From NCBI GenBank assembly GCA_964106645.2, contig OZ067041.1: 64,000 bases of DNA; one strand, given 5' to 3'. The translations under genes and the position numbers were made by a program. Positions within the stretch are counted from its first letter, which is position 1. Each line of letters begins with the position of its first letter. Shown in pieces: positions 37,962 to 50,164 of the stretch. Below the pieces are notes generated by a model, which searched no databases, had not been told where the DNA came from, and was given only the letters and a program-made list of their open reading frames with translations. Source of the stretch: Podarcis pityusensis (Eukaryota).

Positions 37962-38405
37962 AAATTGTAGAGTTGGACAGGACATTCAGGATCATCTAGT
38001 CCAACCCCCTGCAATGCAGGAATCTTAACTAAAGCATCCATGACAAGTGGCCATCCAACCTCTGCATAAAAAAATGTGTAAGAAAGGAGAGTTCACCACC
38101 TATCGAGGGAATCCATTCCATTGTCAACCAGCTCTTACTGTCAGAAAGTTCTTGCATATATTTAGTCACAATCTTCTTTCTTGTGACTTGAAGCCATTGG
38201 TTCAGGTTCTACCCTCCGCAGCAGAAGAAGACATCCTCCATGTGACAGCTTGCTTCATCCTCCATGTGACAGTCCTTTACATATTTGAAGATGGCTATTA
38301 TATCTCCTCTCAGTCTCCTCTTTTCCAGGCTAAACATACCCAGCTTCCTCAACTGTTCCTCATAAGGCTTGGTTTCCAGAACCTTAATCATCCTAGTTGC
38401 CCTCA
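37962..38405 (-). mobile_element. CR1 LINE 3' fragment
   Basis: RATRMIKVLETKPYEEQLRKLGMFSLEKRRLRGDIIAIFKY plus CR1 3' terminus. Confidence 0.9.
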
Positions 38406-38409
38406 TCTG

Positions 38410-38565
38410 CAAACATTTGTTTTCTCCTGCTCTGGAGAGCAGGAACTGAACCAATGGCTTAGGTGTCATGGATGCTTGAGTTGAAATTCTTGCATAGCAA
38501 GGGATTGGACTAGATGACCCTCAGGATGCCTTCCAACTCTACAATTCTATGATTTCATGATTCTA
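38410..38565 (+). mobile_element. CR1 LINE 3' end (internally deleted)
   Basis: GGATTGGACTAGATGACCCTC...CCTTCCAACTCTACAATTCTATGATTTCATGATTCTAT terminus. Confidence 0.85.
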
Positions 38566-38569
38566 TTAT

Positions 38570-38970
38570 TTCCCTTAGTTCCATTTCTTATAAATGCCCT
38601 TCTTAAATTTTAGCTCATCTGTAAGCTCCTTACACAGCCTCACTAGTTTCTTTAGATGCCTCCCACTTTTCTTTCTTGTTGGAATTGTCTGCATTTGTGC
38701 CTTCAATATTTCACCTTTAAGAAACTCCCATCCATCTTGGACTCCCTTCTCTTTGAGTAATTCTGACCATGGGATCTCACTCAGTAGCTCCTTGAGATTT
38801 ATGAAATCAGCCTCCTTAAAGCCCAACGTACATATCTGACTGCATTCAGCTTTCCCTTGCCTCTTTATAATGAAACTCAAGTGGACATGATCACTTCCTC
38901 CCAAGGGTCCGAGGACTTCCACTTAATCGATCAGTTCCTCCTTGTTGATGAAGACCAGGTCCAACATAGA
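38570..38970 (-). mobile_element. CR1 ORF2 fragment (endonuclease end / EN-RT linker)
   Basis: LGGSDH...TLGFKEADF..LKELLSEIPW...GVQDGWEFLK.EILKAQ.QTIP. Confidence 0.92.
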
Positions 38971-39236
38971 GGTCTGTGTCTTTTTGCTTAGTACTTTTTA
39001 TTTCTTTTGGGACTTCCTGTGAAGTTCTTGCGTTCGTCCTTGAATCAGAGTCTCTGCTGCCTCACCAGTGCTCCTAAAGCAGGGAAGGTCCACCTCTGAA
39101 CTTCTCAGATATCTCTACCAAGGTCCGTTGCAAGGTGAAAGCCAGTACGTGTCTATTTCCCTCCCTCCCACACTTCTCTAAGATGCCACAGGGTTTCATT
39201 CCCACCTCCAACAGAAGCTGAAAAAGTACATGCCCC

Positions 39237-39400
39237 AGTGGTGGACTTTGGGCTCTAAAATTTCAGCCGTGCCCTGTGTGATGCTAAAATTCAGTGCCGC
39301 CTGCCCCTCACACTCTGTTCTATAGCATTGTTGTGGTGCTCCCTGCAGTGCAGTGTTCAGTGCAGCCAAACCAGTTCTGCTACCCTAAAACTCCCCCTGG
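39237..39400. mobile_element. hAT-like MITE (related copy at ~15715-15870)
   Basis: CAGTGGTGGA / CTCCCCCTG ends; internal CTAAAATTCAG...CTCACACTC shared with the 15720 region. Confidence 0.55.
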
Positions 39401-41109
39401 ATACCCATAGATTCTTGTTCCCAAGCTGAATTGCTACCTCTTCCTTCAGTTCAATTACAGAGGAAAAAGTTAATTTTGCAAAAAAATAATAATAAATCAA
39501 AACAAACCTCAGCACATAATCAGCTACACACACAATGAAGACATTGGCCTAGTAAATATCTTGTTTTAAAGTGAAAAAGATTAACAAGCATATATATGTG
39601 TGTGTGTTTGTGTTTGTGTGTTTATATACATCACAGAATCTTTATCTGCCAGATGTTCACATTTTAATTCTGTCATAATTCATGCTGGCAAATGATACAT
39701 GCTAGCTATATTGTTAGTATTTTGTTTTAGCCACTTGAGCATCTTGCAATAATAAACGTATAAATGTTCTGTACAATCAAAGTTTCCTTGATGTAACCTT
39801 TCTGAAAACAGTGCAACTATTCTGCCGTATTTGCATACTGTGATGTCCTCCAGTGCCTTCTCTGCCCATTTCTGTTCAGTGGGTGCTTTTAAGACTACAT
39901 GCTTTATTTAAAGATATATGGCACACTTATTCTATGAAAGTGGTTGAAAGGAACACCCAAAAGTACAGGAGAATTTAACGTTTGAATAAGTGGGAAGCTT
40001 TACTGTTACAAAATGACTTCATGTAGGAATGTCAGGATCCACTCTTATACACACATACCTGACGTTAAGTTCCATTGAACTCAATTAGACTTGCCTGAGT
40101 GCATATGCATAGGGTTGCAGTGTCGGATAACTGAGGCTAAGATCATGGTCACTGTATTACAGGCCAATGTGGCATAGTACTTGCACCATAGGAAAACTGG
40201 ACACATGCATTTGATTGAGGAAGCTTATTTACAGAAAAGCCTTTTGCACTGATGGCTCTGGACTGGGCTTTTGTACATCAACCTTGGAAGAGCATGCCTG
40301 GTCCTATACCATAACTATCCTTCATAATGGCTGCACCAAACAATTTGTGAGCAGAGGATAGCCCTGACAACCCTTACCAGCTTTTCTGCCTAAGTCACAA
40401 ACCATTCATAGCTAACAAGTTGGCCTGGCTTCACTACCTCAAGTGACCTTGTCCATCTGTAACTTCCATAGTTGCCCTGACAGGTAGCATCAATTAGCTT
40501 GAGCTTTCCCTGTTCTATCTTATGCCATTATCAATATCATCAACAACATCATTTTATTTGTATGCCGCCTTTCCATAGTTAAAACCGTGTTCAAGGTGGC
40601 TTACAACATGAAAAGATTTACGTAATTACAAACACAAGCAGCCACAAACAACAAATAAAACACATTGAATGGACACCACCAAACTGAACAATTGAATTCT
40701 CTGCTCTATGAATGCACTGGATTGCCTCGGTATGCCCTCAAGATGCAAATTTGATTTGGATGATTTCTGAATCCGAGCCAAATCAGACAGATTCGGAGAT
40801 CTGGGGCTTTTCCAAAGTGAAGTGTCTTCCAAGGTGTCAAAACTGAATTAGAGTGATACCCAAAGCCTTGAGGCCAGCTCAGAGCTTCAGAGAGCTGAGC
40901 AAACATAGACTAAAACTATCTCTCTTTTATTTTGCTGCATCCCACCTCCACTCTCTCTATATAAGGATAGGGGACAGTTCTAGCTCCTAGCTAGGGAATA
41001 ACTTTTTTTACTCCACTATGTGGAGGGATATAGAAGGAAGGAACCTGCCATTGAGCACAAAACCCCCTTCCACCAAACACCCCCCCCCAATACCTGTTGG
41101 TTAATTATC

Positions 41110-41241
41110 TAGGGTAGCCAACATGATGTCCTATAGCTGTTGTTAGACTACAGGTCCCATTACCCCCAGCCAGCATGACCAATGGTGAGGGATGATGGGA
41201 GATGGGAGTCATATATGGTTCAGCAACATCTTGATGCTACC
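41110..41241. mobile_element. Degenerate Charlie-like MITE
   Basis: GACTACA..TCCCAT...GATGATGGGAG palindromic core. Confidence 0.65.
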
Positions 41242-41865
41242 TTTCAAGTTCTGGTTTGTTTGCTTGAGAAACGATTTTTTAAAACCTTAACAATAAAGAA
41301 ACTAGCCAGCAGGTTCTTTGGGCAGACTCGGGAAGTTCAGCCAGTCTCAGTTTGGAATTCTAATCCTAAATGGTACTGAATGCACAAGAAAAGGAAGTTT
41401 TAGATGCATATAATGGTCCTAATTCTACACATAATTACAGATAAGCACGTGGCTGTTGTGTTGATTTCAGTGGGATTTTGGCATACTTTTCACTGGATGG
41501 TCACCATGGTTTCCATGTGCCCACAGCCATGTTTTTCTTTCATATTTCATACACACAGTTCCCTGTTTAGAAGGCCTTTCTAGCATGTCCTGGAGCTTAG
41601 CCTTCTTTTGAGTTGGACTCCTTTTAATGGTCTGCACATTTATGGGAAATAGCACATTATGCCGTCTGAGTGGCTTTTTTTTTATTACAACAAAGAAGAT
41701 TATAGTATTAGAGACAATACAGAATTGTGGGTTTCATAGGAAATGAAAATCTTTAATTAATTTGCGAAAACTTTACACTTTAGGGCTCTTAATAATCTTT
41801 CAGTATAACAGATAAGAGCCATTACTGGAGAATTTGCGAGCCCAGCATGAATTAATAAAATCATA

Positions 41866-41866
41866 T

Positions 41867-41906
<40 letters not shown>
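41866..41906. repeat. (TTTC)n microsatellite
   Basis: About 10 perfect units. Confidence 0.95.
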
Positions 41907-42150
41907 ATCAGCCATGAAACAACTCCAGCCTTAATTGTGTGTGGGTGTGTTTTTTTGTTTGGCTTTTGTTTTTTTTAAAAAAAATATTCCTATACACAAT
42001 GGTGCAATAGTAGGAATGCTGGCAATAATTCCAACAAGAGTTCCTACCAATGAATATGAGTTTTTGTTTCAGAAACAATGAACTGTAATATTAGTTGGTT
42101 TGGTATTCTTAGAGAATAGATACTTGAAGGAAGATAATTTAGTTGAAAAT

Positions 42151-42486
42151 GGATGGGGGAGCCTTTGTCCTTCCTGATTTTGCTGGAATCCAACCAATGT
42201 CAACCCTGGTCCGCTTGGCCAATGGTCAGGGATGATGAAAGGCTCACCTTCCTTACATATTTCTAGACACCAGGCAAAAACATTCCTCTTCTCCCAGGCT
42301 TTGGGCTAGCCAAACAATTTATGGCCTTTTAAACTGTGAGGGGTATTGGTTTTGTTCTTCATTATGATATGCATTGGGGGGGGGGGCTTATGTTGTAAAC
42401 TGCCCTGTGATCTTCGGACGAAAGGCAATATAGAAATTTAATAAATAATAATAACATCCGGAGGGACCCACATTTGCTACCACTGG
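42151..42486. mobile_element. Charlie-like MITE split by an L2 3' tail (+, ~42241-42455)
   Basis: MITE left half ends GGGATGATG; the L2 tail runs CAGGCAAAAACATTCCTCTTCTCCCAGGC...TGTAAACTGCCCTG...(AAT)n; the MITE resumes CATCCGGAGGG...CCACTG. Confidence 0.7.
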
Positions 42487-43303
42487 TCTAAACAACTCCC
42501 TCCACCCTCCCCAGTGCAGGATGCTAATTCACATTAACATGATATGATATGAAGACCCTTCCATTCTTCTTTTCTTCAAACTCTTACGAGCACCAGACTC
42601 AATGGCAAACAGGAACCACAGGGTTTGCTTATTTCAGCCATGGGGGGGGGGGGGGTGAATGCCTTAGTTTAAATAAAAGGAAGGAAGAAAACTTTTAGTA
42701 CGGGCACTCAAACTGAATTCTGTCATGAGACTTTCAGAAAGAAACACTTGCCACCAGTATCGCAAGACAGTGGTGGACACTTATTATATAATTGAGAGTA
42801 TGTACTGGGTTGTATATCTGTACAAAGTGCTTTCAGCTATCAAGCAAGGGATGAAGGAATTAGTGTGGGGAGCAGGTTCTGGGAAATAATTTTAGTCCTT
42901 GTGGGGAAACTAGAGCAACAGGACTGAGAAAAAGCTTTGCCAGCTGCCAGAGGGCAGGGAGACTGCTATTATTATTTTTAAAGTGGGCCAAAAAATCTCT
43001 CTCCACTTTTGTGGGTCCATTTGTTCCTCTGTGAAAATAGGGAGTGATTTTCTGGGGGGTGGATAGGAATTTTTAGTGGGCTCTATCAGCTATTAGACTG
43101 TTAGATTAATTATTCTAACCCCAAATCCAAATGCTGTCACTTGCGAGACGCATTGTTCTACAGTTTTTGTTTCTTTTAATTCTGTCCTGCCATTTCTCGG
43201 GGGCGAAGGCCTACTTCCCTCTCACACCTCACTCATACGTGATCTAGATCTGGAATAGGCAGGGTTCCAGACTGCACACATAAGACATACATGCTTACAC
43301 CTA

Positions 43304-44462
43304 GGTCACATTCACCTCATGCTGTTAAAGTGCTAGGATACCACTTTAAAGCGGTCATGGCTCCCCCAAACGAATTATAGGAAGTGCGATTTCTAATGGG
43401 TGCTGAGAGGAGTTGTTGTTTAGTCGTTTAGTCGTGTCCGACTCTTCGTTTAGTCATGTCCGACTCTGGACCAGAGCACGCCAGGCACTCCTGTCTTCCA
43501 CTGCCTCCCGCAGTTTGGTCAAACTCATGCTGGTAGCTTCGAGAGCACTATCCAACCATCTCGTCCTCTGTCATCCCCTTCTCCTTGTGCCCTCCATCTT
43601 TCCCAACATCACGGTCTTTTCCAGGGAGTCTTCTCTTTTCATGAGGTGGCCAAAGTATTGGAGCCTCAGCTTCACGATCTGTCCTTCCAGTGAGCACTCA
43701 GGGCTGATTTCCTTCAGAATGGATAGGTTTGATCTTCTTGCAGTCCATGGGACTCTCAAGAGTCTCCTCCAGCACCATAATTCAAAAGCATCAATTCTTC
43801 GGCGATCAGACTTCTCTCACTTCCATACATCACTACTGGGAAAACCATGGCTTTAACTATACGGACCTTTGTCGGCAAGGTGATGTCTCTGCTTTTTAAG
43901 ATGCTGTCTAGGTTTGCCATCGCCTTTCTCCCAAGGAGCAGGCATCTTTTAATTTTGTGACTGCTTTCACCATCTGCAGTGATCATGGAGCCCAATAAAG
44001 TAAAATCTCTCACTGCCTCCATTTCTTCCCCTTCTATTTGCCAGGAGGTTATGGGACCAGTGGCCATGATCTTCTTTTTTTGATGTTGAGCTTCAGACCA
44101 TATTTTGCACTGTCCTCTTTCACCCTCATTAAAAGGTTCTTTAATTCCTCCTCACTTTCTGCCATCAAGGTTGTGCCATCTGCATATCTGAGGTTGTTGG
44201 TATTTCTTCCGGCAATCTTAATTCCGGCTAGGGAGGAGGCTCCTATTCCTCTCCCAGAGCTACAATTCCCGGCGTGGTTTAAAAATCAATTCCTCTTTGC
44301 AGGGAAATCTGAGAACTGTAGTTCTGCCAGGGAAATTGGGGTCTCCTAACGACTCTCAGCACCCTTAACAAACTACAGCTTTGAGTATTCTCTGAGGGAA
44401 GCCATGACTGTTAAAAGCAGTGTCACAAAAGCAGTATCACAAATGGATAGTGTGAATGTGCC
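43304..44462. mobile_element. Long palindromic MITE interrupted by BovB
   Basis: Ends GGTCACATTCAC / GTGAATGTGCC; paired internal arms GTCATGGCT / AGCCATGAC and GGGTGCTGAGAG / CTCTCAGCACCC. Confidence 0.7.
43412..44229 (-). mobile_element. BovB (RTE) LINE, 5'-truncated
   Basis: Peptides MATGPITSWQIEGEEMEAV...SRDITLPTKVRIVKAMVFPVVMYG and RVPWTARRSN.SILKEISPECSLEG...YFGHLM; CAA-type tail. Confidence 0.96.
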
Positions 44463-45640
44463 TTACTATGTTCAGAGGTTGTTCCGTGGATTATCAAATG
44501 CTCATACATATAGGTGGAATCAGTAGCTGTGAAGAGGTGTGAACTTTCTTCCCCTCTCAGCGCATTTGGTGAAGAGTCCTGCCATTCTCTGTATTTTCAA
44601 AGAAATAATGCACTTCTAGTTTATAAATGTCCTTTTCACTGCTGTAATATAATATCAATATCTAACGAGAGAAGGAGACCACACTGAGCTAATCTCTGTG
44701 AAGCAGCTGTTTCTCAAAAAGGCCAATTACCATTATATTTGCCTTATTTGATATTTCTGTGTTTTAAAGATTGCTCACCAAGGCATTTGTGGCCCTTTAA
44801 TAGAAGCTTAAAACATTCGGGGAAATGCCGATAGGTAACTGGTAAGAGGAGTTATACTTACTCTGTAATCAGACTCAGCAGGGAAGGGCTCACGTCACGC
44901 ACATAATAGTGATTCTTTGCCTTTGTCTACAATTGCCGGAGTAGACTTTGAGAGAGCTGCAGCGGCTCTCTTTGCTTCAAGAACTGGAGTCTAGCCTTCT
45001 GTGTTTTGCCTGTGGAAGAGTGGAACTGGTCGTGCTGGTCCCATATTTCCAGAAATATTTTATTTTAAAAGCAGATTGGTTTTACGCTTAATGAAACTGG
45101 AGTTTTCCAAGGTACAGATCTGGGAAGCTTGCTTGCTTGTGTGTTTGCTTGCCTAAGACAAAATGATCGCTAAATCTAAAGTCTGTTAAAGCTTTGCATG
45201 CTGTGATGGAGTTGAGATGTGGGTTTAATAAAGAAGATGGGCAAAGGCCCCCACCTCTGGCCACAACAGGTAGCTATGGAAACACTTGATGTAATGTTAC
45301 ATCATGGGATCCCCATGGGGAGAGGATGGGATACTCCATGTGTGGCTGTCTGAATATGGAGTTTGGCCCTTAGGGCAGCAGAGGAAACAGCTTTTGTTTG
45401 TAAACTAGATGGGATTGTCAAGACAGCATCATCCTGTGATCTTAGGAGAGCTCCTTTTAAACTTGGAGGGTAGAGCAAAACTAGCAGGAAAACTTGGTTT
45501 GCAGACTCCTAGGAGTCCAGAAGTCATCAACGCAGGACAAGAATTAACTCAGGATAAAGTTGTAGGAGCTTGTTAATTGCAGAGGTAGAAATTCATACCA
45601 GGCACCTTTCTCTCTCTTCAAAAGCCTCAAGGCCCAAGAG

Positions 45641-45865
45641 CAGTGACGGACCTGGCTGCATGGGCACCTGGAGCGGCAGCCAAGGTGTGACCTGGGGGGG
45701 AGGGCGGTGCAATCCTCCACATGCAGTGGCGGCGCAATCCTCCACGCAAGGCTGCAGCCCTGGGGCAGTGGGGTGAGTCCCCCGCGGTGTGCCTTTTTGT
45801 CACCCCCCTCAGAGATGGCATCCGGGGCAGACTGCACCCCCTGCACCCCCCTTCCTACACCCTTG
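45641..45865. mobile_element. GC-rich hAT MITE
   Basis: Perfect 8-bp TSD CCCAAGAG; right end TGCACCCCCCTTCCTACACCCTTG resembles the ends at 13487 and 34934. Confidence 0.82.
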
Positions 45866-46389
45866 CCCAAGAGAACAGAGAATCTCATGATGCCAGCAAC
45901 AGAACTTTCAATTTATATGCTACATCCTAAACGCAATGCAGTGGTAACACAATATGGAAGAAGAGGGAGCAAAAGGGGACAATTGTGGAAGGGAGTTATT
46001 TCTCCCTCCCACCGAAAGCACGTGCAGTGGGTTTCTTGAAATGTATGCGGTGGTGTGTGCAAATTCAGATTAACAAATAATCAAAATAAGCTAGCTGAAC
46101 TAAAAATAAATAAATAAGAAAATCCCCAGGAGAGCACATGCCCCAGTCTAAGAAGCACTGTCTACAGGAATGAAAACAATTTTGACCTCCCTGGTAAGAA
46201 GTTTTTCTGCTGTATGTTAATCTGTTTTCCAGAGCAGTGTTCCTACATCCAGTATTAATTGCTTCAGTCCCATTCTGGTTTTCAAGGTGTGAGGCAAGCC
46301 TTCAGAGGTGTTATAGGTCCGCAGAGAGTTTTCAGCTCAGTACTAGCTAAAATCAGATACACTTAGAAGAGAAACAAAAGGTTTTATCA

Positions 46390-47010
46390 TTAAGATTCAA
46401 CATGATATAAAGGTGATGTAAAAGCTATCAAAAATATGTAAGAAAGAACAGAAATTTTAGAAAATGTGAAAAAATTACAATTAACTTTGTAAAAGCTGAC
46501 GTGACTTCTCTTATTCAATTCGGAATATTTTGCCGGACACCAATCAAAGTGCAAAAAGTATTCACTACCAATTGGGAATGTAGTGCCAACAAATCAGGTA
46601 GGGACCACCGATTACTACAAATACAGTTTTACTCCAGTTCTTGAGAATCACAATTTCACTTTCCATTTTAACAGATTAAACAACAGATTGCAATAGACCT
46701 GATGTAATTTTGATGAATGATAGATAAATAAATGGCTACTGTGCTAGATAGTGCAATACCTCTCAAATGAGAAAAACTGAGCATGTGAAAGCAAAAATTC
46801 AACAACCTCTAACACCTAGCCTTTGAAATAACGTGCATCTGGAAACTCAAAACAATTTAAATAGCCTTCCTCTCAGTATCAGTTACAAGAATTCTCCCAT
46901 ATAGCCCGAAGCAAAACTGCAAGTACCATTGTTCCTATTAAATGCAATGCAAAAAGCTGTCGCTCTCCAGACGTCACATATAAATCAGGAAATTCCTAAA
47001 CAGTGACTGA
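46390..47010 (+). mobile_element. Decayed R4/Dong-clade LINE (restriction-like endonuclease domain)
   Basis: Manual translation across frameshifts gives NQSAKSIHYQL, YYKYSFTPVLEN, NRPDVIL, LDSAIP, LAFEITCIWKL, MQKAVALQTSHI, IRKFL. Confidence 0.8.
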
Positions 47011-48692
47011 CACTCCTTACAGAACGATGCCTGGGATATCTGATCCCTGCCTGAATGAGCACAGAAACTGCCAGGGATCATATTTGACACTCCCCCATTC
47101 TGAGCGGTAGGGAATTCCGAGAGCAGCCGCTTTTACACAGGCAATGAGGAAACACTACCAGTAACTCCCGGTGTTTTCATAGTATCTGCTTTACTACAAA
47201 TATTTACACCGAGGATGTGGGAAGGAAGGAAGCCAGTCTTTAGTGAAGAACGAGCCAGCTGCAAACTCAGACTACAGCCTCCTTCACTGGCTACAGTCAT
47301 TTCTCTCTATTTCCCACGCAAGCAGGTGCACATGTTACCTATTGTGGCCTAGCGCCTAAAAATAAATGAATGAGTGGTAATTTGATTCGCTCCTCCGGGA
47401 GAACATTTGCCAAGGGTCTTGGGTCCTGTCTGTGAGCTATAATGATGGTGAGCTGGCTTGTGTGGTGTCAGACAATGAGGTGAGCAGTAGAGGCTGGTGA
47501 TTTTTGTCTGAGGCCACTAATACTTTTCTCAAGGGGGCACGCTCTAATGCAATTCTAACATAATTTTCACCTGGACATTTATTTATTTATTTTTGCTGGA
47601 TCAGGCTGTTAGATTTCTTAGGACTAGTCCCCGGGCAGTGGTTTTGCTCCTGAACCTATAGCTGCTCATAATCTGCAGTTGACAAGGGCTTATGCATTCA
47701 TGTCAAATTGTTTCAGTCTTGAGCTCCTCTCAGCTTCTTGAAAGAATGATTGTTCAACATTCACTGCTTTCTCCCATCTCTGATTCATCACCCTTCCAAA
47801 GCTCAAGAGATTCCATCACAGAGAAGCAGGCGCTGGAATGTTTAAACTTGTGTCACTTAAAAATTCACCCGATCTGTTTTTATTTAATAATAATTTCTAA
47901 TTTCCTCATTAAGTCTGTAAATAATGAAATTTATTTTCTTGGAAAATAAAGTGTTGTCTATCGTCTTTTGGAACTGCCCCCCCCCCCCCAACATTGCAAT
48001 TGAGCACTGCATTTGAAAAATCTGAAAAATTCTAACCTGGGAGTGGAATCTTGTGGGGCAGTGAAATGTAACGGGATGCCCCACATCAAACAATACTTTC
48101 TGGGTTGGGAATGAAGAATATTGTGATGTTAATGTGTGAAGCATTCTTGTGTATGCCATGGCAACTCGACAAAAAAGGGGGGGGCAGCTCATTAGTCTTT
48201 AACCAGCGAGTGAAGAACCTAAAGTGCACCACATCATTATCAAATCGGAATTACACCAGAAGCACTACCAACATTTCCTTTTCTTTATTTTTAAAATGGT
48301 GTTTTAAGAGTGAGAGAGGACGTGTACATGTGTGTGGTTCGTGCGTGCGCACAAATCAGTGAAGGAAGAGAAGGGAAATTGAGAAAAATGAGAGGATTGG
48401 GGGGAAACTAAAATAGATATACAAATAATAAAAACTGGGTCCCATGTAGCAGGATGGGGCAAAAATAGATCCTACATGTGAAAAAGTTGTGATTACGATT
48501 CAGAATTCTCCTTTCTCTTACAGTTACCAATAAACTAATTTTCCTGTAATCATGGCAATCCACACAAAGGGCAAGAGGTGCAGTCCCCCTCCCCAATGAT
48601 TCATTTCCACCAGCTTCCCAGCTTTCATTTTCTAAAGAGAAAGTTTCTAGCGTTTGCAGAGCCTGAGATATGAGCAAAGTGTATGGACTTCA

Positions 48693-48740
48693 TCTTCTTC
48701 TTCTTCTTCTTCTTCTTCTTCTTCTTCTTCTTCTTCTTCT
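48693..48740. repeat. (TCT)16 microsatellite
   Basis: Perfect trinucleotide run; it explains the poly-S and poly-E ORFs. Confidence 0.97.
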
Positions 48741-49089
48741 GAAAAACTAGCTTGCTTTCCCTTTCTGTGTTTTACTATCTCACCCCCCCCCCCAAGCAAG
48801 AAAAATTCCTGCAGATACCCATGCCTGCAATTTATTCCTTGCGGAGTGTGGATATCAATATGCTTTCTATTCTGCCTTTTGTGTGCACGCCCAAAGGGCA
48901 AGACATGAGATGCAACAGAATCATGCAGTAACAGAGATGATAGCATAAAATTACAGGCTGCTCATAGCTAAATATCCTCAAGAACAGTTAGAATGATGAG
49001 GAATGTAGCCTTCAGATGATTATCTGTAGAGTTTTAGAGCTGGGTTTATAACAACTTTCCACAACCTGGTTTCCAACAGGTGTGTGCAG

Positions 49090-49213
49090 CAGAGATGGGG
49101 AACCTGTGGTCCACCAGTTGTTGTTGGACTACAACTCCCATCATCCATGACCGTTGGCTAGAGCAGAGGTCAACATGGTGCCCTCCAAATGTTACCAACT
49201 ACAACTCCCATAA
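49090..49213. mobile_element. Two adjacent half-copies of Charlie-like MITE
   Basis: ACTACAACTCCCAT occurs twice in direct orientation after MITE-like starts. Confidence 0.6.
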
Positions 49214-49922
49214 TGTATTATTATTATTAAAAATTATATACCGCTTTTCTTTTAAGGGAAATACCCAAGTAGTTTCAAGAATGAGCGTTAGCCCAGCAAC
49301 ATATGAATGGCGCTACATTGGCCTACCCCTGCTCTAGAGGACTTCACATCCCCATCCTGCTATATAGAAAGTTTTCATCTTCCATTTCTAATGTTGGATG
49401 CTCCCACCTTACATTTTTAAACTTCGGTAATTTTTCTTAAAATTTGCTAAAGGAGAAGTTAATACAGTTGTGCCCATGTGTAAGCCATGGAAAATGATGA
49501 TAATCACTATACTGTTTCTTTGAAGTTTCCACCTTTTTATTGTATTGCTGTTTTATAATGAGTGCTTAAAATAGGATAAAATCTAAAATATAGGCATTCA
49601 GTGCCTCTCTAATCCCAAACCTCCCAGCATTTCCACTGCCGTTAACATTCCTTTTCCTCTTTTAATGTCTTTGCTTATTCACATCTTATCTTTTCTGTGA
49701 ACACCAGTTATGGTAGCATGATCGTGGGTTCCATCTGAGGGCTCTTCAGGGTTATATATATCAGTTCTGAGTATTGAGACTATGGTGACATTTGAATCAT
49801 ATTTGAGTCTTGAGAATATGGTGACATTTTAGATGGAAACAGGACTCATTGCTTGCCATACCACTTTAACAATGTAAGTTTTTGTGGATCAGTGGTTGCC
49901 AACTTTTTTATTTTTGCAAGTA

Positions 49923-50164
49923 CAGTGGTACCTCGGGTTACACACGCTTCAGGTTACATGCATTTCAGGTTACAGACTCCGTTAACCCAGAAATTGTGCT
50001 TCAGGTTAAGAACTTTGCTTCAGGATGAGAACAGAAATTGTGTTCTGGCGGCGCGGCAGCAGTGGAAGGCCCCATTAGCTAAAGTGGTGCTTCAGGTTAA
50101 GAACAGTTTCAGGTTAAGTACGGACCTCTGGAATGAATTAAGTACTTAACCCGAGGTACCACTG
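49923..50164. mobile_element. Tc1/mariner (Tigger-like) MITE
   Basis: Perfect 18-bp TIR CAGTGGTACCTCGGGTTA / TAACCCGAGGTACCACTG; TA TSD; internal TTCAGGTTA repeats. Confidence 0.95.

Noticed and set aside
48647-48946. Poly-E and poly-S ORFs
   Set aside because: They are produced by the (TCT)16 microsatellite.
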